Positions 1-11,014 of a stretch of 64,000 bases of DNA are shown here, in pieces. A program made the translations under genes and the position numbers. The notes beneath the pieces are model-generated. The model saw only the letters and a program-made list of their open reading frames with translations. It searched no databases and was not told the DNA's origin. Source of the DNA: an uncultured virus (IMG/VR IMGVR_UViG_3300046808_001087) (lineage: Duplodnaviria > Heunggongvirae > Uroviricota > Caudoviricetes); IMG/VR virus record IMGVR_UViG_3300046808_001087; one strand, 5' to 3'. Position 1 is the first letter of the stretch. Each line of letters begins with the position of its first letter.

Positions 1-270
1 TCGTACCTGAAGTACCAGACACACCATCGACACCACTCGTACCTGAAGTACCAGACACACCATCGACACCACTCGTACCTGAAGTACCAGACACACCATC
101 GACACCACTCGTACCTGAAGTACCAGACACACCATCGACACCACTCGTACCTGAAGTACCAGACACACCATCGACACCACTCGTACCTGAAGTACCAGAT
201 ACACCGTCAACACCACTTGTACCAGAAGTACCAGATACACCGTCAACACCACTTGTACCAGAAGTACCAC
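1..270. repeat. 36-bp tandem repeat, about 7.5 units, encoding [12 protein letters not shown] on the minus strand
   Basis: Units at 1-180 are five identical copies of tcgtacctgaagtaccagacacaccatcgacaccac; 181-270 carry only synonymous variants. Confidence 0.97.
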
Positions 271-1147
271 TTGACCCTGAAGGTCCTGTACCACCACTGA
301 AACTAACCGTCACAGATGTTCCAGTCGCGGTTACTGTAAATCCTGACCCTTCAAAATCTATTGATGTCACTCCTGATGCAACTATAGTACCCCCATCTGA
401 TATTGTTAGAGGATTACTTGTGGTTAAACCTGTTATAGTAACAGTTCCACCCGTATTGTTATATAAATCTAATGTTGATGTTGCACTGAAGTATGTTCCA
501 CCAGTGATATAAATGTCGAGAGGGAATATTTTCCATTTTGCATTCTCTCTTGAGACACCGTCTATTCCCTCAATTGTATTACCTGTCCATGCCTCAATAA
601 AAGCAATACCTTCAGGTGTGCTTGAGTTACATTCTATCGAATTAATTATTTCTTTTGTACCTGGAGGGTCTGTAGGGTATGTGAATTCAGAATAAAATTC
701 ATATAGCGCACCTGAGGCTAGAGCATCTGTGTATAATTGAGAATAATTCTCAAATGAATATTGATATACTTTGTTAGTTTCCGCAACATAAACAAGCATA
801 CCAACCTTTCTTCTACCTGAAGAAATTCCATCGTTATTAAGATGTATTATGTTAGGGAAACCAATTGTCTCAAAATAGTCGAAGTCAATCGGTATTGTTG
901 TGTTGATATCAACAATCTCTCCAGTAGTTCCTGATGGTATTGTAAAAAGTAAGTCAGAAAGATAATTTACTGACATATAACCACCAATGTTATATACGTC
1001 CCATGTAATACCGTCATTTGTTGGTGGTAACGGAACTAAAGGCCCTACTCCTTGGAAAGTAATAAGACCATCATTACCCATCTCTAGGTAATTATCATCT
1101 CCCCCATAGTTGATAATCGGTAATGAATTAGTTTCGTCTAGTGGCAT
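1..1147 (-). CDS. Collagen-like tail fibre/virion protein; C-terminus runs off the window; not in ORF track
   Basis: ATG at 1147 gives [16 protein letters not shown]...[22 protein letters not shown]...; the same frame reads ([12 protein letters not shown])n Gly-X-Y repeats at the window edge; TATTTATA lies 4 nt upstream. Confidence 0.8.
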   Translation of the reverse strand, partial: MPLDETNSLPIINYGGDDNYLEMGNDGLITFQGVGPLVPLPPTNDGITWDVYNIGGYMSVNYLSDLLFTIPSGTTGEIVDINTTIPIDFDYFETIGFPNIIHLNNDGISSGRRKVGMLVYVAETNKVYQYSFENYSQLYTDALASGALYEFYSEFTYPTDPPGTKEIINSIECNSSTPEGIAFIEAWTGNTIEGIDGVSRENAKWKIFPLDIYITGGTYFSATSTLDLYNNTGGTVTITGLTTSNPLTISDGGTIVASGVTSIDFEGSGFTVTATGTSVTVSFSGGTGPSGSSGTSGTSGVDGVSGTSGTSGVDGVSGTSGTSGVDGVSGTSGTSGVDGVSGTSGTSGVDGVSGTSGTSGVDGVSGTSGTSGVDGVSGTSGT

Positions 1148-1177
1148 TTCTTATAAATATTTTTATTATGTTTTTAA

Positions 1178-3100
1178 CTACACATTTACTCTAATATCTC
1201 CACCTCTAAAGTAGAAATTTTGTCCGTTTAGTCTTGGTCTCAGTCCATTCTGAGAATAAGATGTATAAACCCTATAATACCCTGCAGGTATTGTTGTACC
1301 AGTATAGTTAACAACTCTGTTGTAGAAATTCAAGGTTGCATTAATTTCTTGTTGTGTTGCAGGATTCCTACTCATTGATATTGCAGTGTAAGCTTGTCCT
1401 GGTGTTGCGCCTGTTGGAACGAACCATGTATACCAAGCTTGTGGGCTTTGACCACCTGTGACAGGAAGTGTATTTCCTGGTACTACAGTAGTTTGGAATC
1501 TTCCTGCAATTACAGGTTGTCCGAAAGCATCTAAACCAGCCGAAACATTTGAAATTGGAGCCGAAAGAACAGGAGGTTGCACTCCTCCCCATCCTGGGTA
1601 GTTTATGTAAGAGTTGAATCTATTATTAAAGTTTGTTTCACCAGCAACCGGTCCACTAACTCCTCTAAACGCGAACGCAATATGTACCGAGTTTGCGGCC
1701 AATCCTGTTGCGGTAGTATCAGGTGTTGCACCCATAAACTTATAAGACCACCTGTACTGCACCCCTTGGTTTCCATTCTGACCATTAGTATATCCTGCAG
1801 GTATTGTTTGTGTAGTAGCATCACTTGCACTTGCAATAATCACCAAGTCGTTTTGTTGTAAACCTGTTGGTAGTGTTATAGTTGTAGTTGTAGATTGTGT
1901 TTGACCTATATATGAAATTTGCGGTATTGTTCCTGGAATTGGTCGGAGCGCAAATGTAGAACCAACCCACGCATCACTTCCTGTTCCACCAAATGCTCCA
2001 GGATTTGTATTTCCTGCAGTTGCTTGTTGTGTAAATGCCGCCATCACAGTTGCACCATTTTCTACGATACCATATTGTGCGGCGCCTATCAAAGTGTATC
2101 CTGCCGGTGCCGTCACTGATGAAGCAACCACTTCATCATCCAAGAATCCAAGAGAAACAATCACATCACCATTCGTCGCCGTGATAATCTGCGGTGAGTT
2201 AGGCATACCAGCATTTCCTGTAGAAACACCAGGCGTGGTGACATCCAAAGGACTATCGCCTAATTGACCCAACGGATTTCCTATGTTGAATCCACCCCAT
2301 GTACTACCTTGACTCAACATATAAGATGCCAAGTCGTTTCTTTGAGCTGCAGTATTTACGTCTATGAACAAGTAAGCGAAAGTAATAACCGCTGGTGTTG
2401 CTGATGGAGTTGGCGTTAACGTTGGTGTTGTAGTCAGTGTAGGTGTTTGTGTTGGGGTTGATGTAGGTGTTTGTGTTGGGGTTGCAGATTCTGTTAAAGT
2501 TGGTGTTTGAGTTGGAGTTTGAGTTGGAGTTGCGGATTCTGTTAGAGTTGGTGTTTGAGTTGGTGTATCTGCCGGTGTTGATGTTAGTGTTTGAGTTGGT
2601 GTTTGTGTTGATGTAAGTGTTGGAGTACTTGTTTGTGTTGCAGATGGTGTTGGTGTGCTTGTTTGAGTTAGAGATTGTGTTGGTGTAAGTGTTGGGGTGG
2701 TTGTTAATGTAGGGGTTACGGTTGGGCTCAATCCTGATGTAAGAGTTAGTGTCGGGGTTGATGTTAATGTTTGAGTTGGTGTTTGAGTTGGTGTTGGAGT
2801 TGGTGTTGATGTAAGTGTCTGGGTTGGTGTTAATGTTGGTGTTGGTGTCAACGTTGGTGTTGAAGGTATTGTACATGGTACTATTTCGAACTTTTCACAA
2901 TTGTTAGCATCTATCACAATTATCATTACCGCAGGAGCGTTATCAAAAAGAGGTGGTAGTGTTGTATAGGCTAGCTCTGGAGGAACAGGTCCACTTACAA
3001 CGGTCGCTAAATAAGTCCTATTATTGCCATATACGTCAGCAACGTATATATCTATAGGATAATTTACCCCAGTGATACTATCAATTCTTACTTGTGTCAT
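1178..3100 (-). CDS. Virion/fibre-associated protein with long Pro/Thr (mucin-like) linker and inserted beta-sandwich module
   Basis: 640 aa; aa ~79-236 are TPTxT repeats; lies among fibre/baseplate genes; ATGA overlap with the upstream gene. Confidence 0.7.
   Translation of the reverse strand: MTQVRIDSITGVNYPIDIYVADVYGNNRTYLATVVSGPVPPELAYTTLPPLFDNAPAVMIIVIDANNCEKFEIVPCTIPSTPTLTPTPTLTPTQTLTSTPTPTPTQTPTQTLTSTPTLTLTSGLSPTVTPTLTTTPTLTPTQSLTQTSTPTPSATQTSTPTLTSTQTPTQTLTSTPADTPTQTPTLTESATPTQTPTQTPTLTESATPTQTPTSTPTQTPTLTTTPTLTPTPSATPAVITFAYLFIDVNTAAQRNDLASYMLSQGSTWGGFNIGNPLGQLGDSPLDVTTPGVSTGNAGMPNSPQIITATNGDVIVSLGFLDDEVVASSVTAPAGYTLIGAAQYGIVENGATVMAAFTQQATAGNTNPGAFGGTGSDAWVGSTFALRPIPGTIPQISYIGQTQSTTTTITLPTGLQQNDLVIIASASDATTQTIPAGYTNGQNGNQGVQYRWSYKFMGATPDTTATGLAANSVHIAFAFRGVSGPVAGETNFNNRFNSYINYPGWGGVQPPVLSAPISNVSAGLDAFGQPVIAGRFQTTVVPGNTLPVTGGQSPQAWYTWFVPTGATPGQAYTAISMSRNPATQQEINATLNFYNRVVNYTGTTIPAGYYRVYTSYSQNGLRPRLNGQNFYFRGGDIRVNV
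2393..2866 (-). repeat. Degenerate Pro/Thr codon repeat (gttggtgtttga-type)
   Basis: Encodes [11 protein letters not shown]...; includes a duplicated [12 protein letters not shown] block. Confidence 0.9.
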
Positions 3101-5229
3101 TGTCTACATGTGATGTCATATTCTATTAAAACATCAACCGTTATTATTTGATTGTTTAGTGGTCCTCCCACAGTTGATTGTATAGTAATTTTATTACTCA
3201 AGGCATCTATTGAAACAGATTGAATACCATTCACAGATGTGAGTAAACTTGTTAATGTATTATACCATAAGTTGTCCGATGGTGCTTGATTCAATGTAGT
3301 TCCGGTATAAAATGAATTTGTGTACGTGAGACCTAATGGGTCAACACTTACCTTTGCAATGAATACCGCAGAGTTCAGCTGACATCCTCCATTCACTGAA
3401 GTTAAATCAACAAACCCTTCATTTAACATTTGTAATAAACCACATTTTGTACCAGAGTCTAGCTGAAATTCTTCTTGTCCCATCGTATAAAGCTGATAAG
3501 AAATGAAGCTTTGACTACAAATTACATCAGTCGTTCTTTTCAATGAACACCCTGTACTATCTACAACAGTTACGCTGTAAGTACCTGCCGTTAGCCCTGT
3601 GACTGTTATTTCTTGTGGATTACTTGGTACATTATCGGACCAATAAAAAGTAAATGGAGGAACTCCTGATGAAATTAATGCGGTTATGCTCCCCTCATTT
3701 CCTGTTCCACACGAACTAGAATATAAACTGTATGAAATTGGTTCGGAATAACTTATAAAAAAGTTTTCACTTTGGGTACAACCATCAGCATCCACAACAG
3801 AAATTGTGTGGGAACCTTGACTTACGTTAGTAAATGTCACTGCCGATTGAGTTGTATCAATTATTTGACTAGTTCCGTCCAAAATATAGTCGAAAGGTTC
3901 AGTACCTCCAGTAGATTTAATGACCTCCACGATGGCATTATCCAACCCGCATGTTGAACCGGTTATTTGTGTGGAAATTGTGAATTTATCTTCCGTAATT
4001 AACGTTATTTCATCACTATATGAACATCCCGAGCTATCCTCAATAAATACTGAGTAAGTTCCTGCAGTCAGATTTATAAACTCTTGTGTAGTGTTGTTAT
4101 TTGACACTACATCTGTGTCTCCTGTTGGGCTAATTAAGGTGTATGTATAAGGTGTTGAACCTCCTTGTACTGATACTAAAATTGCCCCATTTGTTCTCGA
4201 ACAAGTAGAGTTGGTTCCTGTTATCGAAACGGAACTCATTCCATTCGGAGTTAATAATTGTGTTGTTTGTGTAAATGTACAAAAACCTGAATCTGTTACT
4301 TTAATACTAATTTGTCCTGGCGTCAATCCCGATATACTATACACAGTTGAATATGAAATTGTAAAATCTCCCGTGCTTGCAGAATAGTAAAATGGTGCAG
4401 TTCCTCCCGTTATTGTCATCGTAAGAACCCCATCATTAGAAAAACACGTTGGTTGTGTGACTTCAAAATTTCCAAAACCAACAGGTTCGACTCTTGTTAC
4501 CTCGGCGTTTTTACTTACAACACAACCATCAGCATTTGTTACTGTGACAGAATAACTACCTTCAGTTAGACCTGTTATGAAACTTGTTGTTTGTCCGTTA
4601 TTCCACAAATAAGTGTATGGAGACGGTCCTGTTTCACCTGTTACATAAATCTTTCCTAGAGGACTCCCTCCACAACTTGAATTTGGTACTATATAAAGCC
4701 CATAATCGAAAGGTGAGGATTCCTCAATTACAATAGTTTCACTAAATCCAGTACAACCACCCAAATCGAGTACAGCAACATTATATGTACCAGCGGTTAA
4801 ATTTGAAAATACAATGTTGTTTGTGTTTGTTACTGCAGAAGAAATAAATTCTCCCGTACCACTATAGAGATAAAAAGAAGCCGAAGAATATTCAGTCGAC
4901 GAACTTCCTGTTATCGAACCATTATCCAAACCACATGTTGTTCCGTTGGAGTCGTCAATTGTAACACAAACTCCATCGGATACGGGTATATTAACAAAAA
5001 ACTCGTAATTTATTGGGAGAGTTGAGTCGTTTAATCTTACCGCATATGTTCCAGCAGCTAATCCACTTCTAGTTGAGGGTAGTACAGTAAGAACATCCGA
5101 CCCCAAATTTGGTGTTATCCATTCAACAGTATAAGGAGGTGTCCCTCCAAATGGTATTATACTTATGGAACCACCTAGATTATTTTGACAATCCCCTGTG
5201 ACTAATATTGTATAATCGAATTGTGCCAT
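3097..5229 (-). CDS. SprB-repeat adhesin-like virion protein
   Basis: Seven repeats of C..xG.I....GG..PY.Y...GL..G.Y.V.V.D..GC, e.g. [36 protein letters not shown]; start placed at 5229 by TAATG overlap. Confidence 0.8.
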   Translation of the reverse strand: MAQFDYTILVTGDCQNNLGGSISIIPFGGTPPYTVEWITPNLGSDVLTVLPSTRSGLAAGTYAVRLNDSTLPINYEFFVNIPVSDGVCVTIDDSNGTTCGLDNGSITGSSSTEYSSASFYLYSGTGEFISSAVTNTNNIVFSNLTAGTYNVAVLDLGGCTGFSETIVIEESSPFDYGLYIVPNSSCGGSPLGKIYVTGETGPSPYTYLWNNGQTTSFITGLTEGSYSVTVTNADGCVVSKNAEVTRVEPVGFGNFEVTQPTCFSNDGVLTMTITGGTAPFYYSASTGDFTISYSTVYSISGLTPGQISIKVTDSGFCTFTQTTQLLTPNGMSSVSITGTNSTCSRTNGAILVSVQGGSTPYTYTLISPTGDTDVVSNNNTTQEFINLTAGTYSVFIEDSSGCSYSDEITLITEDKFTISTQITGSTCGLDNAIVEVIKSTGGTEPFDYILDGTSQIIDTTQSAVTFTNVSQGSHTISVVDADGCTQSENFFISYSEPISYSLYSSSCGTGNEGSITALISSGVPPFTFYWSDNVPSNPQEITVTGLTAGTYSVTVVDSTGCSLKRTTDVICSQSFISYQLYTMGQEEFQLDSGTKCGLLQMLNEGFVDLTSVNGGCQLNSAVFIAKVSVDPLGLTYTNSFYTGTTLNQAPSDNLWYNTLTSLLTSVNGIQSVSIDALSNKITIQSTVGGPLNNQIITVDVLIEYDITCRQ

Positions 5230-8204
5230 TAGACGCAATTAATTTCGATGTTTATACCAACATTAAGAGACAGTAATTCTCCCAAATTCAAAGGTGTCAT
5301 TGTCAAATTAGATATTGTAAGCATAGTTCCATTTAAAAAGTATCCCAAACTATATTGGGTTAATTGTGGTAAGCTTGTTATTAAGGCGTCTTTCCATTGT
5401 GTATTTGTTGGTACATCTGTTTGGCCATATCCAATATAAAACTGATACTGAATAAGAACTTGATTTTCCAATCTTAAATCAACAAACCATGTTGTTTTTA
5501 AAGAATTCAAATTACAATCAGAAAGTGTTAACCCTTCTTGTAATAAATAATTGTTGACTCTATTATTTAATATCGAGCTGAAATTAGAAACATTAGCATC
5601 TCCATTTAACCATGGATAAATAAAGAAATCCACATAATCAGTACTACATGTATAATCAAATATGTTTGTTATGATTGAACATGGCGCAACTGGTACGGGT
5701 ACTAACTCACAACCTCTCTGCCTTCTGTATACAAATTTTTGTTTATGTAGAATCGAGTTTTCAAATTTTACACCTGTAGTCCATATTGAAGTGGCCGGTA
5801 CCATTTGGTCTATTAATTTCATCCAATATGGTCCCATTCCCTGTACATAATCAATTAATTTTTGGTATGTGTATTTGTTGTTTGGAATACCAACTGCCTG
5901 CTCTGACTCGATATATTTCCAAAAAATAGATTGTAAATTTGGATATCCTCCTGTCTTACCATCTGTAATAAATTGTCTGTTTCTCGTGTTAACCATGTTA
6001 AGCCAAAACGTTTGAAGAAATTCAAAAAATGTTTTCTTTTTTGGTTCAGGATTAACATATGTAGAGTCAACTCCACCAGGCACAGGAAAATTAATTGTAA
6101 ACCCTGACTCTGGAATCGGATAATCATATTTTACAGATTGGTCCCATACGTCGTATGCAAGTCCTTGTCCAGGATTTAAATTGAGTTCAATATTTTTAAC
6201 GTTGATGACTAACTTTTCGTTATCGACGAAGTAGTAGGCATTATAATCGGCTTGATTTGAAATTCTTATTTTATCATCTGTTGCCAACCATGATTTATTA
6301 TTGTCAACAATTTTTCTCATCTTAAACCCTTCCCTCATATATGGGAAATCTCTATAGACATCCAAATATTTTTGACCATAAGTGAAGGGTTGTAATTGTG
6401 TTTGTATGTTATAATTTTGTCCTGTATATACTAATCCTGTTAGTTCAACTTGGTCAGGACTTCTATGTTGTGGAGTACATTCGTACCAACCAGCACCTTT
6501 TTGGAAAAACATTTCTTCTGTTTCATCAGGTGCTTTAGGGTAACCCTCTTCGTCCACAGGGTATTCACCCCTTGTTACTATTACTGGTTGGAATATGTCT
6601 GTCGTAGTAAAGGCTGTGAATACTTGACCTTTAATTTTGTAAGTATCTCCTTCGGATAAAGCCGGTAGTTCTTGATTATATGTTCCTCCTGAAATCTGTG
6701 CATATTGAGAATAAAAACTCTCCATGTTGATTTTTTGGTCGGCCAAATAAATATGTTCATTAAATTCAACCAATGATTCAGGTGCTCCGATTAGTCTCAA
6801 CAAAAATTCAATGGACCTTCTGGTTCCCTTAGATTTAAAAAGATATGATGAATTAATAATCAGATTTCTATAAAATGCGTAATTCAATTCGGTCGGTGTG
6901 AGTGACCTAGAATATCCGGGGTATTCATTTACCGCTTGATTTCCAAAAACGCTTTCCAAGAAATTCTCACTAGTTATTGGTGAAAAATTACTACTCCAAC
7001 CTAATGTTTGGCTAAGATTAAATAATAGTTGTGATGGTATATCGTTACCAGGATTATAGTTTACTGAGTTTATATACGCTAATCCATCAATAAATTTCTT
7101 GATTTCATCAAAACTTCTACCATATATTTGAAATATCTTTTCAGCCTTCTGTCCCAAAGTATCAAAGTCCTTCAAAGAGCCTGAGATTAAAAATCTAGAA
7201 ATTAAATTAGTTTTGAATTCGTCTAAATTCCCAGCAATAGATTGAAGTTGTGATAAATAAGAATCAAACTCAATAGACCTGATATCCAAATTCCACTCAC
7301 CATCCTTAGGCCAAGTCACTTGTCTATTATCTATATAGAATTGTCCGTCATCATTTTGTTGTGGTACTTGGAATATTGCAGTATATATCGGATTAATTAA
7401 TCTATTAAGAATGAATTTTTCAACTTCGTCAAAATCTTCCTCAAATACTTTATCTGTTATGAAGTAGTTTGGCTTGATATAAAAATCGTCATACCAAGTA
7501 GTTGCACTTGTTCCGAATGGCGAACCAGAAACATAAAATGCTATCGTTCCTGCGGTAAAAGATATTGAGGGTGAAAAAGATTCTACTTTGTATTCAATCC
7601 CGTTCACATTGACCGCATAATCCAAATATGTGTTATATAGATTTCTATATTTCGAAACTTCTATTTCTCTAACACTTAGATTAGTGATTGCATTGACTGT
7701 ATAGTCAATATCAAAAGGATTGTGAATCCTATCAACATTAATTTCAAAATAAGTTTCGTTCTCAACAGGGTCAAATGAAATATTAACCGCAGTGGCACCT
7801 GTTGTGAGATTCAACTGAGTATTCAAAATGTCTATCGACGCAGGAAAATAATTGATAATCTTGGTAACAGATACACTAAATCTCTTAACCAACGAGCCAT
7901 ACATCGAAAAGTTGAGCACTTGTGATATATCATACTTTGGATAAACTCTGAATTGAGTTTCAAGTATTGCATCTCCTTGTAACAAACTTTCGACGTTGAG
8001 GTCTTCCAAGCTTATAGGTGTTGAAAATGCTCCTACATTGAATGTTCTGTTAACCTTTTCAACTACATTCGTTGTAAACTCAAAATTACCCTGCGTGAGG
8101 CCTCCTCCCGTTACTGTCTGCAATCCAACAATTTCATCGGAGAATGTACCAGCACCATTACCTGGTCTAGGTGGATAAAAATATTTACTTCTGGGTGTGG
8201 CCAT
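5229..8204 (-). CDS. Baseplate wedge-like protein (T4 gp7/P2 gpI-like motif)
   Basis: 991 aa; LLFNLSQTLGW and YLFKSKGTRRSIEFLLRLIG resemble the KGT motif of wedge proteins; baseplate context. Confidence 0.6.
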   Translation of the reverse strand: MATPRSKYFYPPRPGNGAGTFSDEIVGLQTVTGGGLTQGNFEFTTNVVEKVNRTFNVGAFSTPISLEDLNVESLLQGDAILETQFRVYPKYDISQVLNFSMYGSLVKRFSVSVTKIINYFPASIDILNTQLNLTTGATAVNISFDPVENETYFEINVDRIHNPFDIDYTVNAITNLSVREIEVSKYRNLYNTYLDYAVNVNGIEYKVESFSPSISFTAGTIAFYVSGSPFGTSATTWYDDFYIKPNYFITDKVFEEDFDEVEKFILNRLINPIYTAIFQVPQQNDDGQFYIDNRQVTWPKDGEWNLDIRSIEFDSYLSQLQSIAGNLDEFKTNLISRFLISGSLKDFDTLGQKAEKIFQIYGRSFDEIKKFIDGLAYINSVNYNPGNDIPSQLLFNLSQTLGWSSNFSPITSENFLESVFGNQAVNEYPGYSRSLTPTELNYAFYRNLIINSSYLFKSKGTRRSIEFLLRLIGAPESLVEFNEHIYLADQKINMESFYSQYAQISGGTYNQELPALSEGDTYKIKGQVFTAFTTTDIFQPVIVTRGEYPVDEEGYPKAPDETEEMFFQKGAGWYECTPQHRSPDQVELTGLVYTGQNYNIQTQLQPFTYGQKYLDVYRDFPYMREGFKMRKIVDNNKSWLATDDKIRISNQADYNAYYFVDNEKLVINVKNIELNLNPGQGLAYDVWDQSVKYDYPIPESGFTINFPVPGGVDSTYVNPEPKKKTFFEFLQTFWLNMVNTRNRQFITDGKTGGYPNLQSIFWKYIESEQAVGIPNNKYTYQKLIDYVQGMGPYWMKLIDQMVPATSIWTTGVKFENSILHKQKFVYRRQRGCELVPVPVAPCSIITNIFDYTCSTDYVDFFIYPWLNGDANVSNFSSILNNRVNNYLLQEGLTLSDCNLNSLKTTWFVDLRLENQVLIQYQFYIGYGQTDVPTNTQWKDALITSLPQLTQYSLGYFLNGTMLTISNLTMTPLNLGELLSLNVGINIEINCV

Positions 8205-9112
8205 TAGGTTATTATAGTGTTAAAATTTTTACTGAAGTCTATGTCATTTCCTCTATTCTGTCTAACTTCGTATAACAATTCATTGAATTGATTTCTAATC
8301 TCGTACAAGTTGTATTGTCTGTAAATGTTATTATCAGAATCGTAAATAGTATAGATACCATCATCGATAGATTTAGTTTGATTTCCGTACAACGCAATCG
8401 CAAGTGATGATATGTCATATTCAACCATTTCAATATCAACAGTCACTGGATTAAAAAAGGTATTTGTTATTATAATATCTTGGCCAGGTTGCCCTATAAA
8501 TGGAGTTGCGTTTGGTTTGTTTGTAGGTGAAGATGATGGTGATACTGTTAAGAACAATAAGTTTGACTGCCCATCAACATATCTATATCTAATTGATTTT
8601 TGATTTGTATTTGTTTGATTTGTTAAAACAGGCTCACAATAGAAACAAGATGTAACTATTCTGAAAAAATTTGGTATTTTAGAACCATCATTATTTAGAT
8701 ATTCTATTCTATACCCAACTAAACCTTGTGGAACGAATTTATTAATCGAGTTAGTAGGAACGTTCGATAAATCGATAACAATACCCTTAACGTTTGGTAA
8801 TGCACTCAAAACTCCACAATCCGTGATACTTGTTCTTATCTGTTTTGGTCTCAGATATAATGTGTAGAAACCTAAAGCATTAAACTCTTCCGCAGGTAAT
8901 GTTAAATTATATAGCCCACCCAAAACCTCAACACCGTCGTTTCCTCCTGTTGAGGGGTTGTTGAAATATGGACGTAATAAAGTTGTAGAGCTAAGTTGTT
9001 TTAACACAAACTCTGTGGTCACATCTCTCGATGGGGTATAGTTCATAATTATCTCCACGTCTTCGGGAGATACATCACTTGGTCTTACCGTACCATATGT
9101 TCCAATTGCCAT
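8204..9112 (-). CDS. Hypothetical protein, probably structural
   Basis: 302 aa; TAATG coupling to the next gene; TATTTATA upstream. Confidence 0.6.
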   Translation of the reverse strand: MAIGTYGTVRPSDVSPEDVEIIMNYTPSRDVTTEFVLKQLSSTTLLRPYFNNPSTGGNDGVEVLGGLYNLTLPAEEFNALGFYTLYLRPKQIRTSITDCGVLSALPNVKGIVIDLSNVPTNSINKFVPQGLVGYRIEYLNNDGSKIPNFFRIVTSCFYCEPVLTNQTNTNQKSIRYRYVDGQSNLLFLTVSPSSSPTNKPNATPFIGQPGQDIIITNTFFNPVTVDIEMVEYDISSLAIALYGNQTKSIDDGIYTIYDSDNNIYRQYNLYEIRNQFNELLYEVRQNRGNDIDFSKNFNTIIT

Positions 9113-9137
9113 AATTTATATTATTTCTATAAATAGT

Positions 9138-10217
9138 TTATGTCTTTTTTTCAACGTTAAAAAATCCATATCCATAGTTAATTAAATCTCCTAAATTATC
9201 TATCTCCCCTAATCTTTGTATTCTTTCGAAAGCACTATTTTTTCCTCTTTCCACAAAAACATCTGTCTGTATCTGTCCTTGGTCAGTTATTTTCAAAAGA
9301 AGTTCGTCTTTTGTAATTGGAACTTCCGTAATATTTTCTTCTGTGAACCCTGAAGATTGAACAAAATATATTGTCAATCCACCTTTATAATCATAATAAT
9401 CCACGTCCTGTATTGTATAGGCTGTGAATATTGGAGTGATTGAATTTACAACACCGAAAACTTGTCTGTTTTTTATTACAGGTACACCTACTTTGTAGGG
9501 TGTGGGTCCATACTGACTGAGTTCTGTAATTCTTGATTTTGTTTCTCCTGATACTGTGAAAGGAACATTACCAAATGTAGAGGACACTTGATATGAAACT
9601 TCATTGTACTGGTCCCCTGTGAATATATAGTCATAACTTACAGGTGTTGCAGACCAACTTCCTACATTAGGTTGGAAAAATACTCTTCCCTTAGGGTTAT
9701 ATATTACAGGTGTCTTGTAAGGAGTTCGTATTGGTTTTTCAACAATAATTTTACCCCAAGGATTAATCTGTGATAATGTAATAATATATTCTTGATTTGA
9801 TGTTGGGTATGTGTGTGAAACATAGTTTGGTGTGAATGCTGTTATCGACTCTTTAGTTCCGTCACCCCAATCAACACTATATGATGATAGTTCAATAAAC
9901 TTTTGATATTGTTCCGAAGTGTTATATAAATTTATTGTATATGGGTTGACCGTATTTGCCGAAACTAAAAAATTAGTGACTACATCTTTTTGATATATCG
10001 CCCCATCGAATGGACTATAATAACCCGCATCAAGTGATGTTTGTTTTAATAATATAGGTATCGTCAATCCTGTAAGTGAAGAACTTCCATTAGGTCCCGA
10101 ACTGACAACTTGTGTCATTGCGGAATATACTCCGAATGTTTGTCCGCTATAAGTAACCTCAGACAAATCACCAACTATAGTTTCTGGCGAAATTCTTATT
10201 TTATATAAATCACTCAT
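9138..10217 (-). CDS. Structural protein with PKD-like domain
   Basis: 359 aa; YSVDWGDGT...VSHTY PKD signature. Confidence 0.6.
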   Translation of the reverse strand: MSDLYKIRISPETIVGDLSEVTYSGQTFGVYSAMTQVVSSGPNGSSSLTGLTIPILLKQTSLDAGYYSPFDGAIYQKDVVTNFLVSANTVNPYTINLYNTSEQYQKFIELSSYSVDWGDGTKESITAFTPNYVSHTYPTSNQEYIITLSQINPWGKIIVEKPIRTPYKTPVIYNPKGRVFFQPNVGSWSATPVSYDYIFTGDQYNEVSYQVSSTFGNVPFTVSGETKSRITELSQYGPTPYKVGVPVIKNRQVFGVVNSITPIFTAYTIQDVDYYDYKGGLTIYFVQSSGFTEENITEVPITKDELLLKITDQGQIQTDVFVERGKNSAFERIQRLGEIDNLGDLINYGYGFFNVEKKT

Positions 10218-11014
10218 TATTGTGGAGGGTTAACATATTCATACCATTTTATGGTACTTGTTGTACCCACTCTATTACCTTGTAAGTCATATACAATATA
10301 TTGTATATTGATATAATCTAAAACGACTCTGTAATAGAAATAATCTATATTATCAAATATAAATTTGTTACTGTTGTTTATCGTCGATTGTGGTTTGTTT
10401 AACATTTTGGTGAAAGTTCCTGTCTTTGCATTATAGAACTTTGCCGTCATGTAGAAAGTATTTAAAGGAATGAATTTCAAACTTTTCAACCAATAAATAA
10501 AAAACCCTTCTTTATCTCCAACATAATCTAATTTAAATTTTGGTTTTCTTATTTTGACCGGTGTTCTAGCCATGTTTATATCCATGAACTCACCTTGTTG
10601 CGTAGGTATTATTATAGTGAAATAATTCTTTTGATTTTTTTCATCTACGGTATCGTAGAAATCAAGTTTGAAAAATGATTTTGTAAAACTATCAGAATAA
10701 TAAAAAACATCTTGTACTGTAAAGGACTCGCTGATATACGTATTTCTCCACTCAGAGGATGAACTCAAATTACCTCCTGAGAAGAAAAAGAATTCATAAT
10801 TTATATCTGTTTTTGTTGTCCCTGTGTGTTGAGCATGTGGAAATCTATCAACCTCGAAATCATATCCACTACCTAAAACCTCTTTGATTGCATTTTGTTC
10901 ATATAGGTCAATTGCATCATCAATGCCTTCGAAGTCCCACTTACCTTCGATAGGTATTGTTAGTTCTTTGTCAGTGAAGAACCCTTGTCTCAAAATAAAC
11001 TTATTCGCAGCCAT
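10217..11014 (-). CDS. Hypothetical protein, probably structural
   Basis: 265 aa; translationally coupled within the baseplate cluster. Confidence 0.6.
   Translation of the reverse strand: MAANKFILRQGFFTDKELTIPIEGKWDFEGIDDAIDLYEQNAIKEVLGSGYDFEVDRFPHAQHTGTTKTDINYEFFFFSGGNLSSSSEWRNTYISESFTVQDVFYYSDSFTKSFFKLDFYDTVDEKNQKNYFTIIIPTQQGEFMDINMARTPVKIRKPKFKLDYVGDKEGFFIYWLKSLKFIPLNTFYMTAKFYNAKTGTFTKMLNKPQSTINNSNKFIFDNIDYFYYRVVLDYINIQYIVYDLQGNRVGTTSTIKWYEYVNPPQ

Noticed and set aside
1..270. CRISPR array (36-bp repeat length)
   Set aside because: Units are head-to-tail with no spacers and encode an in-frame Gly-X-Y peptide with synonymous variation
513..695. Plus-strand 60-aa ORF and the many other short antisense or nested ORFs in the track
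   Set aside because: They are shadows of long genes, with no recognisable motifs or expression signals
2304..2876. 190-aa Asn/Thr-rich overlapping ORF
   Set aside because: Alternative frame of the Pro/Thr repeat, open only because the repeat lacks stops
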